NCBI GenBank assembly: GCA_020891255.1
Contig: BQFW01000001.1
Span: forward strand, 2,046,001-2,110,000
Direction: 5' to 3'
From: Entomortierella parvispora E1425
Taxonomy: Eukaryota > Fungi > Mortierellomycota
Length of the DNA: 64,000 bases
Made by a program: the position numbers and the translations under genes
Shown here: positions 1 through 10,600 of the stretch, piece by piece
Layout: each line of letters begins with the position of its first letter
Numbering within the stretch: position 1 is the stretch's first letter
Notes under the pieces: generated by a model
What the model was told of the DNA's origin: nothing
What the model saw: the letters and a program-made list of their open reading frames with translations, nothing else
The model's database searches: none

Positions 1-483
1 AACATCATGACGGTAGCCGAATGTCTCCACGATTCCTCCCCTTACGCAGCCGTGAACGGAACTTTGGCCGCCCTCCCTACCCTGACCAATGCCACGTTCC
101 CGGTCGCCAATGCTTCCGCAGTCCCTTCTCCTACCTCTGCTTCTTCTCCTCCTTCAGACTCTTCGAGTTCCATCACCTCAGATGGCAACAGCATCCGCAA
201 TTCAGGGCCTCTGAAGGCTCACAACGCCGCAGGGGTCTCCCTTCGGAGCGTTCGCGGTCAGCATTTTTTGGGACGATTTTTCCCTAGCGGGCAGTCGAAT
301 CCATCCTCTCGATCGTCCAGATCTTGGTTCGCAGTGTCTTCCTCAGCGGCCTCTTCGGTCTCTGCAGCAGACATTCATTCTGCTGTGGCCCTTGTCCAAA
401 AATCATCGACGCAGGCGATCCAGAAGGCGCTCTGGTCGGGGTTGGTCCTGGGATCCTTTGTCGCAGGCCTGGTCTCTTTGTAA
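1..483 (+). CDS. 3' part of a Ser/Ala-rich, probably GPI-anchored or secreted surface protein (5' end outside window)
   Basis: Frame is open from base 1. N-glycosylation sequons (NGT, NAT, NAS), a Ser-rich linker and a hydrophobic C-terminal tail (ALWSGLVLGSFVAGLVSL*) typical of a GPI signal. Confidence 0.55.
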   Translation, partial: NIMTVAECLHDSSPYAAVNGTLAALPTLTNATFPVANASAVPSPTSASSPPSDSSSSITSDGNSIRNSGPLKAHNAAGVSLRSVRGQHFLGRFFPSGQSNPSSRSSRSWFAVSSSAASSVSAADIHSAVALVQKSSTQAIQKALWSGLVLGSFVAGLVSL

Positions 484-761
484 TATTCCAAAAAAAAGAA
501 GACTCTGTTTATGTCCACCTATATATCATTCATCTTGGCTTTATCATAATCTTCTCTTTCATCAGCATACTCGTCTGTTCCACTTTCTCATCGTTGCATC
601 CTTTTGACTATCGCCACCATGACCATAGCCACTTAATAAATCAAGCGGGATTGCCAGATCAATCTGTTATCTGATTCCATGATCCGTTATCAGATCCTGC
701 TCCTTTTTTTTTTTTTTTTTAATTTATTTTGGTGGGATTGAAAACGGCTGTAGATGGCTCA

Positions 762-3476
762 TTACAACAAACCGAGCACGTATTGAACAAACTCCTTGGC
801 TTCCAGAGCTTCGAGGGCCGTTTCCTCTTCCTGCGTCAGTTCCACAGGGCTGATCTTTGCCTTAATTTCGCCTTCTTCGTCCTGTTCTGCAGCTGCGCCA
901 TCCGTCAGTGGTCCTGCACCCGATTCTGACAACAGTTTAGTTCTTGCTTCCTCTGCCAATGCCGTGTTGACCTCGAGTCCATTTAAATAGGCTAAAAAAA
1001 ACAGACAGAAAATTCAAATGGTGAGTCTCTCTGGTATTTCTCTCTGGTATTTGAAACCCCTCACTTTTTGCGCCTGCAACAACGTTGTTTTTCTCACCTT
1101 GCAAGTTATCCTTGATATCATCCAAGGACTGGCCCCTCCGGTTCAGCAACATACGAACGCGTGCCTTGATATCGCTCTCCTTCTCTACGGCAGGGGTCGT
1201 TTCTTCTTCTTCAAGGTCAAGGTTCTCGGCGCACAAATGGGCGATAATGATGTCAATCAGCTGCATGACAAAGAGTCCTGACTCTAACCGCTGCAAGGAC
1301 CGCTCATCTTCCAGTTCTGCGATATCCTCCGCATCCAAGCCCTCTTCCTTGTCCTCCTGTTCAAACTTTTCGTTCAAAGTGTTGACACGGGCTTCATATC
1401 CTTCCCGGAGATCCAAGAGTCTTTCCAGTTTTGAGTAGTCCTCCTCGACAAACTTGCGCACCACTCTCAGACGGTGACCTGACTCCAGAGGTAGATTCCG
1501 GACTAGAGAGGCCATGATACCAATAATGTGCTCCTCCTCCTCGACCTCCGAAAACGACTTGTATGCCTTCTTAAGCTTGTCGACACCCTAATTCCAATAG
1601 CAAAGCGAAATGAAAAAAATGTGTCAATCGAGTATTATGAACAACAAGAGTGACATCTTTTGGCACCTTTTAGTCTAATAAAACCTCTTACCTTTCGTGA
1701 AAAAATGGAAAAAAGAGTCTTCAGTCCCATAATCTCGACAAAGCGCAAGCAATTGGCCGTTCCTGCTTTGGTCGACATGGCGTAATCCAAGACCTTGACT
1801 GCCCTAATTCTCGCCATCTTTTTTTCCTTGATCATGATCACCATCAACTCGATACCCTCTCCTTCCAAGAACAGTCGCTTGTTTTCCTTTTCGGCCAGAG
1901 CAGAGCACAATCCGTCAAAAAGATTCTCCATCATCTCAATCTCATCCGGGTCCTTGGGATCCTTGCGCTTATAAGTTGCCAGAAGCTGCAACAAATCGTC
2001 AATGCCTCCCAGTTCGCCCAGCTTCTTTCTGTTATCTATTGTGCACAATTAATAAAATAATAATAGAAGTCAGATAATGTTAGCAATTCCTGATTCCCAA
2101 GAAATTCAAAAATAAATGCCAAGAGATATACCTGAACTGCTCTGCAAAAGAATGGACAGGATCTCACTGCAGTATTGCTTGTTGGAGTCAAAAGTCTTCA
2201 CCTTCAAGCGCTTCATGATCCATGGCAAGAACGTGCTCTTTTGAACGACCGTCTCCGCCAAAGCCACATCAATTCCTGTCAGGTTTTCCAAGATCGCCAA
2301 AGTATTAAACACGCCAAGTCGATCATTTGCTTCTTCCTCGTCCAAGCGAGACATGTTCTGGACCAAGAGATCCAATAGACCCTGTTCCAGCAGGGCACTG
2401 ACAAAGACCTTCATGCCCTCGACTGCCTCCGTGCCTGAACCCTCTTCCTCGTCCATGCCAACTTCCAAGACTTCCTCATCTGTGAGCTCCTTCAAGAGTT
2501 CGATGGCGTCAATAGCAATGTCCATGTTTTCGTGAGTCAGAAGCGAAAGAATGGACGACACTGTGCTGAGCTCAACCAGTACTGGGTAATGTTCAGGAGC
2601 CTGGGTCATTGCCATCAAATGCTTAATTTCTTCGTCCAAATCTGCCTCTGATTCCATGAACCTATTCTCCAAATGATACAAACGGTTAAAAACGGAGAAA
2701 GACTTTTTTTTTTTAAAAAAAAAAAAATCAAACCAGGCAGTCCATGCATATATCGTACTTTGATGGGTCATCTGGGTATTTCACACGCATCTCTTGGTTC
2801 TTGTTGATTGCCTTTTCAAACTTGAGAATCATTTTCCTGACAGCTCCAATATCAAACTTTTCCTAAGGTGACAATATATAAGGGGTTAATGTACCTCATA
2901 TACGCCACATTATCTCTGTGGGAAGGCCATAAAGAAAGACAGACATAGTATCTTTCTATCATATACCTCATCCGGATCGATATCATCCACGTAATCCAAA
3001 ATGTCTTTCTGATCGCTCGTCAAACCATCGCCAAAGAACCGATCGTCCTCTTCTTCTTCTTCAGGGTTAGCTACACCCTCGAAGCGCTCTCCTTCCATAT
3101 CTTCGTCATCTGCATCCTGAATCGAGACAGTCCTCCTCTTTGAGGGCACGGATCCGTCGCCACTGGCGGAAGCATCGACATCAAAGCTTCGTCCTGTGAG
3201 CTCTTCGTAACTGGTATGACGCGCATTCTTGCGATACATCTCGTCAGGCGAAACGAGTTTGCGCTTTGCACCTCCCTTGGTTGCTGGCGCCGTGGGTGTC
3301 TACAGGGTCACCAAAAAGAGAACGTCAAGAAATAAGCAAATCGTTCCTGAGAAATGAAGATTTCTGGACCCATTTGGCCAATTGTTTATAGCATAATGAT
3401 TGCGTCGTCGGCAAGTCATTGTCCAAGTCGCTCGAAGAGTCTCATCCTGTACCTTGAAAATGCTGTCAATGTCCAT
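762..3476 (-). CDS. CTNNBL1: Beta-catenin-like protein 1 (spliceosomal PRP19/NTC-associated)
   Basis: Seven exons joined by GT-AG introns. Exon 1 3453-3476 = MDIDSIFK; recognisable motifs KFEKAINKNQEMRVKYPDDPSKFMESEADL, SILSLLTHENMDIAIDAIELL, SNKQYCSEILSILLQ, EIEMMENLFDGLC and LQRLESGLFVMQLID; stop TAA at 762-764. Confidence 0.92.
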
Positions 3477-3749
3477 GATATGTCCTGTGCGAATGGAGTT
3501 GTCCTGTTTTGCCGAGCCTTGAAGAGTGAAAGATCAATTGATGTTGAGCATGCAATGCCAACAGATGAAAATGAACACGTGACCACAATGGAACTTTGGT
3601 GGCGTAAAGATTTATTGTATTATCGCCGAGGTTTTGAAGTTTTGAAGAATGCTGGGATGATATGCTTTGGTATGGAGTCGAGGTCTGAGTTTTCTTTGTT
3701 CTGTCTGCTCAACTTGGCTTGGTGCCGTGCAAGATTTTTTGTTGTCTAT

Positions 3750-4397
3750 TTAGGCAGCAACAGCCTCAGGGAGTGCCTCTGTCAACGCAGTCATTGTGAA
3801 CGTACTTTCTTCATCGTCCTCGTCCACAAAATCATCCTAAAAGAGTTGAGGGAACCCATGTTGAAATGTTAGTCACTTGCGGTCTAGTTCACTCTTGAAA
3901 AACATGATACAGGTCTGGTCCAGAAAGAAACGTGTTGCTTACAGGATCATAGATAACCCGGATTAGCAATGAACAACTCGGACACCTTGCAATATCTTCG
4001 CCATCCTGTAGTTCCTCCTACAAACCCAAGCAAGCCGAGGGTTAGTTATTGGTCGTTGCTACCTTATAATAAGTTACTGCGGTAAGGGAGGGGGTGTAAA
4101 GTGGAATAAACAAGCAAAACTGCAGTGTGGGTTTGATACCTTTGTGATCTGGAACCGGTCACCGCAAGGACAAGGGTAAAAGTAGATATCCTCGTCCTCG
4201 TCGTACTCAAAGTCCTGTGAGACATAAGGATTCATTTTAAAAGAACATCGTTAGCTTGCATGCTCAATGTTTGCATGGAGGGAATGAGAGCCGCTTCGGT
4301 CAACTGTCTCCTGGAAAAGGAGAATTGTCCAGTTGTAGCGCAGTCCAATGGGGGATCCACTTGCCTCGATTTCAATCTCGTCGTAAAAGGAAGTCAT
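3750..4397 (-). CDS. DPH3: Diphthamide biosynthesis protein 3 / KTI11 (CSL zinc finger), 89 aa
   Basis: Exons 4365-4397 ([11 protein letters not shown]), 4140-4214 ([25 protein letters not shown]), 3943-4017 ([25 protein letters not shown]) and 3750-3836. CPCGD and CPSCSL motifs present. Not shown in the ORF track because the exons are short. Confidence 0.95.
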
Positions 4398-4617
4398 GTA
4401 TGGTCAAGGTTGTGTCAATGAGAGGAGAAGAGGGGGGAGGCAAGTGAAGGGTGGTGCGTGGGCTGGCTAGAGACACAAAGAGGGGGGTTCTGTTCCACCC
4501 AAGAGCGATGGAATGCGAAAAAGAGGAGGATTGCAGATTGCATGTGCACACAGCACACAACGGCAAGTTGGAAAAATTACGCCCAATGTACGTAATACGG
4601 CGCGGCATACGTGAAGT

Positions 4618-4640
4618 TATCACGTGATATCGACCACGTG
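4618..4640. promoter_or_regulatory. Tandem E-boxes (12-bp palindrome TATCACGTGATA plus a second CACGTG)
   Basis: TATCACGTGATA at 4618-4629 and CACGTG at 4635-4640, in the divergent DPH3/cupredoxin intergenic region. Function is inferred. Confidence 0.4.
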
Positions 4641-5301
4641 CCTTTCGGCTAAGCCACAGTCACTTTCATGGCTGCCAGAGACTCTATACGTGGGATGGTG
4701 CAGATCGAGGGATCTTGTAAAAAGGGCTATGTATTGGAAAAGGTACACTGCGGTACCACTCAATAACAAGATGGACCAGACAACAAAACCTCTGCAAACA
4801 CTTCCTTTTTGATACTTTCTTCTTTTTCCTTGTCACGATCGGGGCTGCGCGGAATACTCAGATCGACGCGTGCCTCTGGTAGTGAAAATGGGACATTCCT
4901 GGGCTTGACGCGACAAATCAACAGCAAGTCGGAATCAAACTAGATTCGACCGTAAGCAATCATCCCCAGAAAGGAGGAAAGAAGGTCATTGAACATCTAT
5001 TGAGATCCTGGGGACGAGAATGAAGGCGGGTGACCATTGTCCCTGTTCCCATTCAACTTTGCCTCTCCAAGCAGAACACGCGTAGAATGGGATAAAGCAG
5101 TAGACCAGCGCCCCACATGCAAAGAATGCGATGTCCCCATAAGTACTTTGGAAACTCTGATCAGTCGTCTTTATTTCTTCTTCTTTCTTTTGCTTTCTCA
5201 TCGCTTCCCCCACTGACTCTCAGTCCTACCCAATTTTTGCCTTCCTGACTTTTATCGTCTTCATTTCCAGCATTTTCCCCACCTTATAATAATTTTCCAG
5301 C

Positions 5302-5805
5302 ATGCGTTTCTCCCTCCTCACACTCGCCGCTTTGATTGTGCCAGCATTGGCTGCCAAGACCTGGGATGTCAACGTTGTCAATGGCTTGTTCTCACCGCAA
5401 GTACTGAACATCGCCCCCGGTGACTCTGTTCGCTGGCCCAACAACGACGGTGCCAACCACGCCATTGTCGAGACTAACGCCGGTGCACGTTCGTGCAACA
5501 ACAAGGCCGGAGGATTCAACTCTGGAACAAAGACCAAGGGTCAGGCCTATCAACGGTCGTTCCCCAAGGCCACCACTGTGAACTATAAGGACGGAGTTGG
5601 CGCCAACTGCATTAAAGGAGCAACAGGTACCATCATTGTTGGAAGTAGTGGAACCAGCGGAAGCAGCGGAAGCAGCACCTGGACCACCAGCCCTACCAAG
5701 ACGGCTGCCCCCATCACTAAACCCTCAAACGGCGCCTCGGTCCTTTCCACACAAAAGTCGATCGTCCTCGGAGCTGCTTGCGTTGTCGGTGCCTTGATCC
5801 TTTAA
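5302..5805 (+). CDS. Secreted, probably GPI-anchored cupredoxin-fold (plastocyanin/phytocyanin-like) protein, 167 aa, intronless
   Basis: Signal peptide MRFSLLTLAALIVPALA; cupredoxin-type FSPQVLNIAPGDSVRW and NHAIV; Ser/Thr stalk; hydrophobic C-terminus. Confidence 0.8.
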   Translation: MRFSLLTLAALIVPALAAKTWDVNVVNGLFSPQVLNIAPGDSVRWPNNDGANHAIVETNAGARSCNNKAGGFNSGTKTKGQAYQRSFPKATTVNYKDGVGANCIKGATGTIIVGSSGTSGSSGSSTWTTSPTKTAAPITKPSNGASVLSTQKSIVLGAACVVGALIL

Positions 5806-6636
5806 AAAACAAAAACTGCCAGAATTCAGAACAATCAGTTTTTCTCTCCTCAATGTCCTTGAAAAAAAAAAAACAGACAAAAAGGCAGTTCCTTCGGCAC
5901 TTGCAAAAAAAAAAAAAGTACCAAAAAAAAAAAAGTTAGTGAAGATTAGACACCTACATGGAAACGGCACTATACCCATCACCCCACCCTCATGCCTCCG
6001 TTCCTTCGCCTGTAAATACTCTTTTTCTTTTTCCTCTTCAACTTTCCAATAAAACAAAAAAAAAGTCGCCAGGAATTTAACCAAAACTGAGCCGTAGACA
6101 GTATGCGGGGGCAGTTTCTTTTATTTCTTTAAAGGTCCAGCGGACGCAACTTTACATTATCAAAATGGTTGGATGGGGCATGACATGGTATGGATGGTCA
6201 TCTCTACATTCCAGAGGTCAGACAGACTTGGATCAGATCAGATGTGAGCTGCTCAGATTCAGAGGACGCGTTTTTTTTGTTTGTCCCGAGATCTGTGGAT
6301 CGCTCTTTCTTGTCTCTGTCATCTGGGAAAGAGATATTTGAGCACAACGATTCGCCTCACAAGGGATGTATCATTTCATCAAAGGTGACAATCCAGGCTG
6401 AAAACACAAGGAGGGTAGAAAGAGACAACAAAAAAAAAAAAAAAAAGGGTAAACGACACGGGGACTGACGTGCCGATTGCTATCGAACATGATTCCTCCA
6501 AGTGCAAGATAGTGCTGGTGGGGTCGCACAGGATCCAAGTTGCATTGTGGTTCTGTTGTCTTTTTGTCTTTTTGGATTTGCACTGAAAATAGAATGCAGC
6601 AAGCAAGAGGGAAGATGGACAATTGCAATTGATACA

Positions 6637-6640
<4 letters not shown>

Positions 6641-6672
<32 letters not shown>
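6641..6672 (+). repeat. (AG)16 microsatellite
   Basis: Read directly from the sequence. Confidence 0.95.
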
Positions 6673-6675
<3 letters not shown>

Positions 6676-7630
6676 AGGATAGGGAGAATGATGTGTGAGC
6701 AAGTTTCCGTGTGTTTGCATGGGATGCAGCCTAGAGAACAAACAGAGAGACACAAAGGCTGACAGGGTGCGGCAATATGGGGTGCATGAACGAGAGCAGC
6801 AGGCGTGCAGCAAACCCAACAAAGGGATAGCACGGTGGGCCGTTCGGAAAGGAGGCCACCGTTGGGGCGTATGGTGTGGAGAAAGGAAGGCGGAAGAGGG
6901 GAGAGAGAGCAAGAGGGAAAAACAGGGAAGGACACCAGGGTTGGTGGCCAAGAAGAGTGCAAGGGTACCTCGTCCGTGTCCATCCATGCGGGTACGCCAG
7001 ACAAGAAACTAGGTGAGGCTGGCCCCCTTTGTTGCGTTGTTGTCGCAATAATTTTTTTTCCTTCTTTCTTTCTCTCTCAATCGTAATCCATCCCTCACAT
7101 TGATCACGCCATCTCCACCACCTTCTCCTCCACGTCGCTCATTCACCTGATCGCTGGCTGATCCTTCCTCCATCACCCTTTGCATTCCACTCCATTGCAT
7201 TCCACTCCATTGCATCCAACACCGAACGACACGCCTCAACGCGTCCCCTCTTCCCTCTCTCCACCCTGCCAGGCACACCTCTCACACGGCACACGTCCGT
7301 CAGACACCGCCACTCGTCTGGTTTCATCTTTTGGTTTATTCTTGTCGCCCTTCACGACCCACTCTCCCACGACCATAGCTCCACGAACCTCGCGGGCTAC
7401 TGGCTTCAACCGACGCGTCCTCTGTCCCTTCATTTACCGTAGTCTGTGGCCCACCTTTGCTTCCCTCTTTTCTTTGCTTCCTTTGTTTCTTGTTCCTCCT
7501 CTCCTGCTTTGTTACCAATTATCTCCAATATCTTGCATGTCCACGGCCCGATCGTAAACACGTTGGACTCCCTTTACTTCTCTTTCCCCTCTCCCTCCCT
7601 TCTCCACATTTATACCCTCACAGTCGGACA

Positions 7631-10600
7631 ATGTCACATACAATGTCCTCGTCGTTCAACTACACAACAGACGTCGTGGACTTTGAGGCCATGAACATCA
7701 CCGAAATGTTCCCCGAGGCTTCGTCCTTCTCCTTTGATATGAGCAGCAACTACAACCATAGCTACACCGACTCGATCTCTGGTGTGCCTCTCTCTCAACA
7801 AGCACTCTGGGATGACGGTCAGCTGTCGCTGCAGCCAAGCGACACCAGTCGTGTCTTTGCGCTCACCCCCCTTTCTTCACTCAACAACAGCGCCAACAAC
7901 AGTATAAACCTCGGACACCAACAGGCAACTTCATCCTCACGTCATTTACTTGTCCCACCCAGTCACCACGGTGCAGGCGGCGGTCGCCAACAACATCCTT
8001 TATCCCAGCAGCAATCCTACTCAAGTTCACCTCTCGGAAGCGATGGCCAAATGGACTCGGACAGTGGCGACTACGATGACGAGAGCAGCCTGCAGCAGGG
8101 TTGGGTCGACGAGACCAGGGATCAAAATGGGATCATGCTATTAAGCGACAAGGAGCACAAGGATGAACAGCACCTACTGTTTCTTCAGGACATTGGAGCT
8201 GGCAGTCTAAGTCGTGGAGATAGTTTGTCCCTCTTTGCCAACCTGGAGGATGGTAAGTCATGCTGTTTGTTTATTCTCCCCTTGCCTTCCCTCCCTCGCC
8301 TCTCTCTCTCTCTCTCTTTCACTTTCTTGTACCCTCCACCTGATGTTGAGTTGGAGAAGCAATGACCTTGGGTGGGTGGATTGGAACAACAAACAAGATC
8401 GTCCTCCGAGATCATGGGCAGGATAGCGCGAGACACAGAAAAGGGGGGAGAGGGAGACAGGACAATCTCTTGTATTCCCGAAACCCAATGTGGGGGGAAG
8501 CCACTCCTAGGCCCTCAGTGCTGTTGGACCTATCTCCAGATCAGACCCACAGTGGAGTACCCTCACCTTGTAGGATCCAGTTAGGAGAGTCAACATGAGA
8601 AGTGAACCAGGGACAGCCACGTTTCGGATGCAACCATGACCTCAAAAATCAGAACTGAATTTTGAAAGGAAAAAAAAACAACATAGCAAGCTGGATGTGG
8701 GGCAAATTCCCAACAGTTTTCTTAGATCCCAGAAAGTGGCAAGGGGGCGCCCCTTTTCACTTTGTATTTCCTCCGCCCTTTGCCTCTTATTTTTAATGCA
8801 TCATGGCCCTCCAATGGGCACCTCGATGCGGGGGTCACATTATCCTTCCTCTTTTCCCTTCCGCACCTCCGTGAAAGACGACCTGTGGACGCAAGGATTT
8901 TGGATCTGGCCCCTTCCTTTGGGTGAGGATGGTTGTGGAGTAGGAGCTAATATGAACACCCGGCGGGCAACAAACAACACAGACCGTCATTCTACGACCA
9001 CCTGCATTGCAACAATCGCCCCTTATAACTCTTTCCCCCCCTCGTCTTCCGTTCGATCCTGGGTCAACACAGCCATTTGTCCATTTGGTCCATTTTCAAC
9101 ACGCCACTCTACCACACCGAGTTCGCAAAGATACTAATTTCTATTGTTTTCTTGCATTCTTAGACGAACTGAGCTGCGACCTCTTCAACGAAAAGCTGGA
9201 CATCATGGATACCTCCGGACCAAATATTTCCAGCAGATCTCCCCTTCGCATCGACACAGGCAACGGCAACAACAGCAACAGGCGCAGCGGAATCGAGAAT
9301 GAGATTTTTGATCAGGAATTCATGGCGTCTTTGAAGACACCGCTCTTTGCTCAGGCGCCTCCTCCACTGGAGTCAGCGACGAAAAAGAACTTCTTCGCGG
9401 GATTGCACACCATCACCGCACCCTCAGTCAGCTCAGAGGACGACAGTGCTCGGCGGAAAGAGGGCGGAGAGGCGCCTCAAAAGCATGGAAGTGACGCCTA
9501 TCAAACGGCGCTAAAGAGCTTTCTCGACTCGCTGAAGGTGGCGGATCCGATCAAGACGCCCCATAAATTTGCTCCGCAGCCGCTTCCGATTCTCTGGAAT
9601 GAGCCCAAGATCCGATCCAAGGCTCTGCCCAGCTTCAGTCTTGCGGATTACAAGGACATGGCGAAGACACTTCCACCTCTCAAGCCTTTTCCTCATTCAG
9701 GAACAGCAGGAACCACCACTACAGTGACCACAGCTTCAAACAAATTTGGGTCGCTCTCCTCGTCGCCCACCAACACCCATTCGACTCCAGTTTCTGCCCA
9801 GTCATCGCCAATGTCTTCGATCTCTGCCTCACCACCAACAGGAATTGACTCTCGGCTCGCATCCATGCCAATGACACCCACGACCCCAACGGCAAACAGC
9901 ATGGCGTATCTGCAAGCCGAAAAGCGCTCACAACAACAAGCACAGCTGCCAAAGCCAGAATTGACTCCAACAAATGAACGTGTTAAGCGACCCTCATCCA
10001 TTCAAAATCCACATCTGGCGTTCGATCCAACCATTCCCCCCTCTGAGAAGGATATGGAAGGTCAATTAGAGTCAAGGAGTGGAAAGGTGACTTTGGAGAG
10101 ACGCCACTCACAATTGCAAGAGCCCAAGGTCAGAGCTCAAACGGACGCGTCTGGCACTGTCCGTCGCTCATCGAGTCCGCCTCCTGCAGTCTTGCCAGAT
10201 TCGGGCTCAACCGCTGTCTCGGGATTGAGAGGGCCTGTTGTTAGGAAGAGGCGATCACTGCATCAAGGTAATTCTGTGCATGGATTTATCTGGAATTTGA
10301 GATCCTTTTATTCCTTTTATTGTATCATATGAGCTAACCTTTTTTTCATATGCCTGTAGACATGTTTTTCCAAGACCAAGCGAACAACGTGGATTCTCAG
10401 GACATGCAGCAATCGGATCCGCAAAATGCCAACTCTACTCAGATACCACGCCGGGCTTCTAGACCCTCATCCATGAACATTCTACCAGAATCCCTCACCG
10501 CCGTGAACAACAACGCCCGACCTGATTCCGTAGCCCAGGACCGAGCCAGGCGACTTTCGGAAGAAGAAGGGGAGCAGTCAAGGATTCCAGGATCTCTTTC

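Noticed and set aside
3354-3872. 172-aa plus-strand ORF
   Set aside because: Lies antisense to CTNNBL1 exon 1 and the last exon of DPH3; no motif.
7181-7215. TGCATTCCACTCCAT x2, satellite-like repeat
   Set aside because: Only about two units; ordinary short tandem duplication.
6190-7557. ORF cluster between the cupredoxin and the disordered-protein gene
   Set aside because: Driven by (AG)n, poly-A and CT-rich sequence; no coherent splice model or motif.
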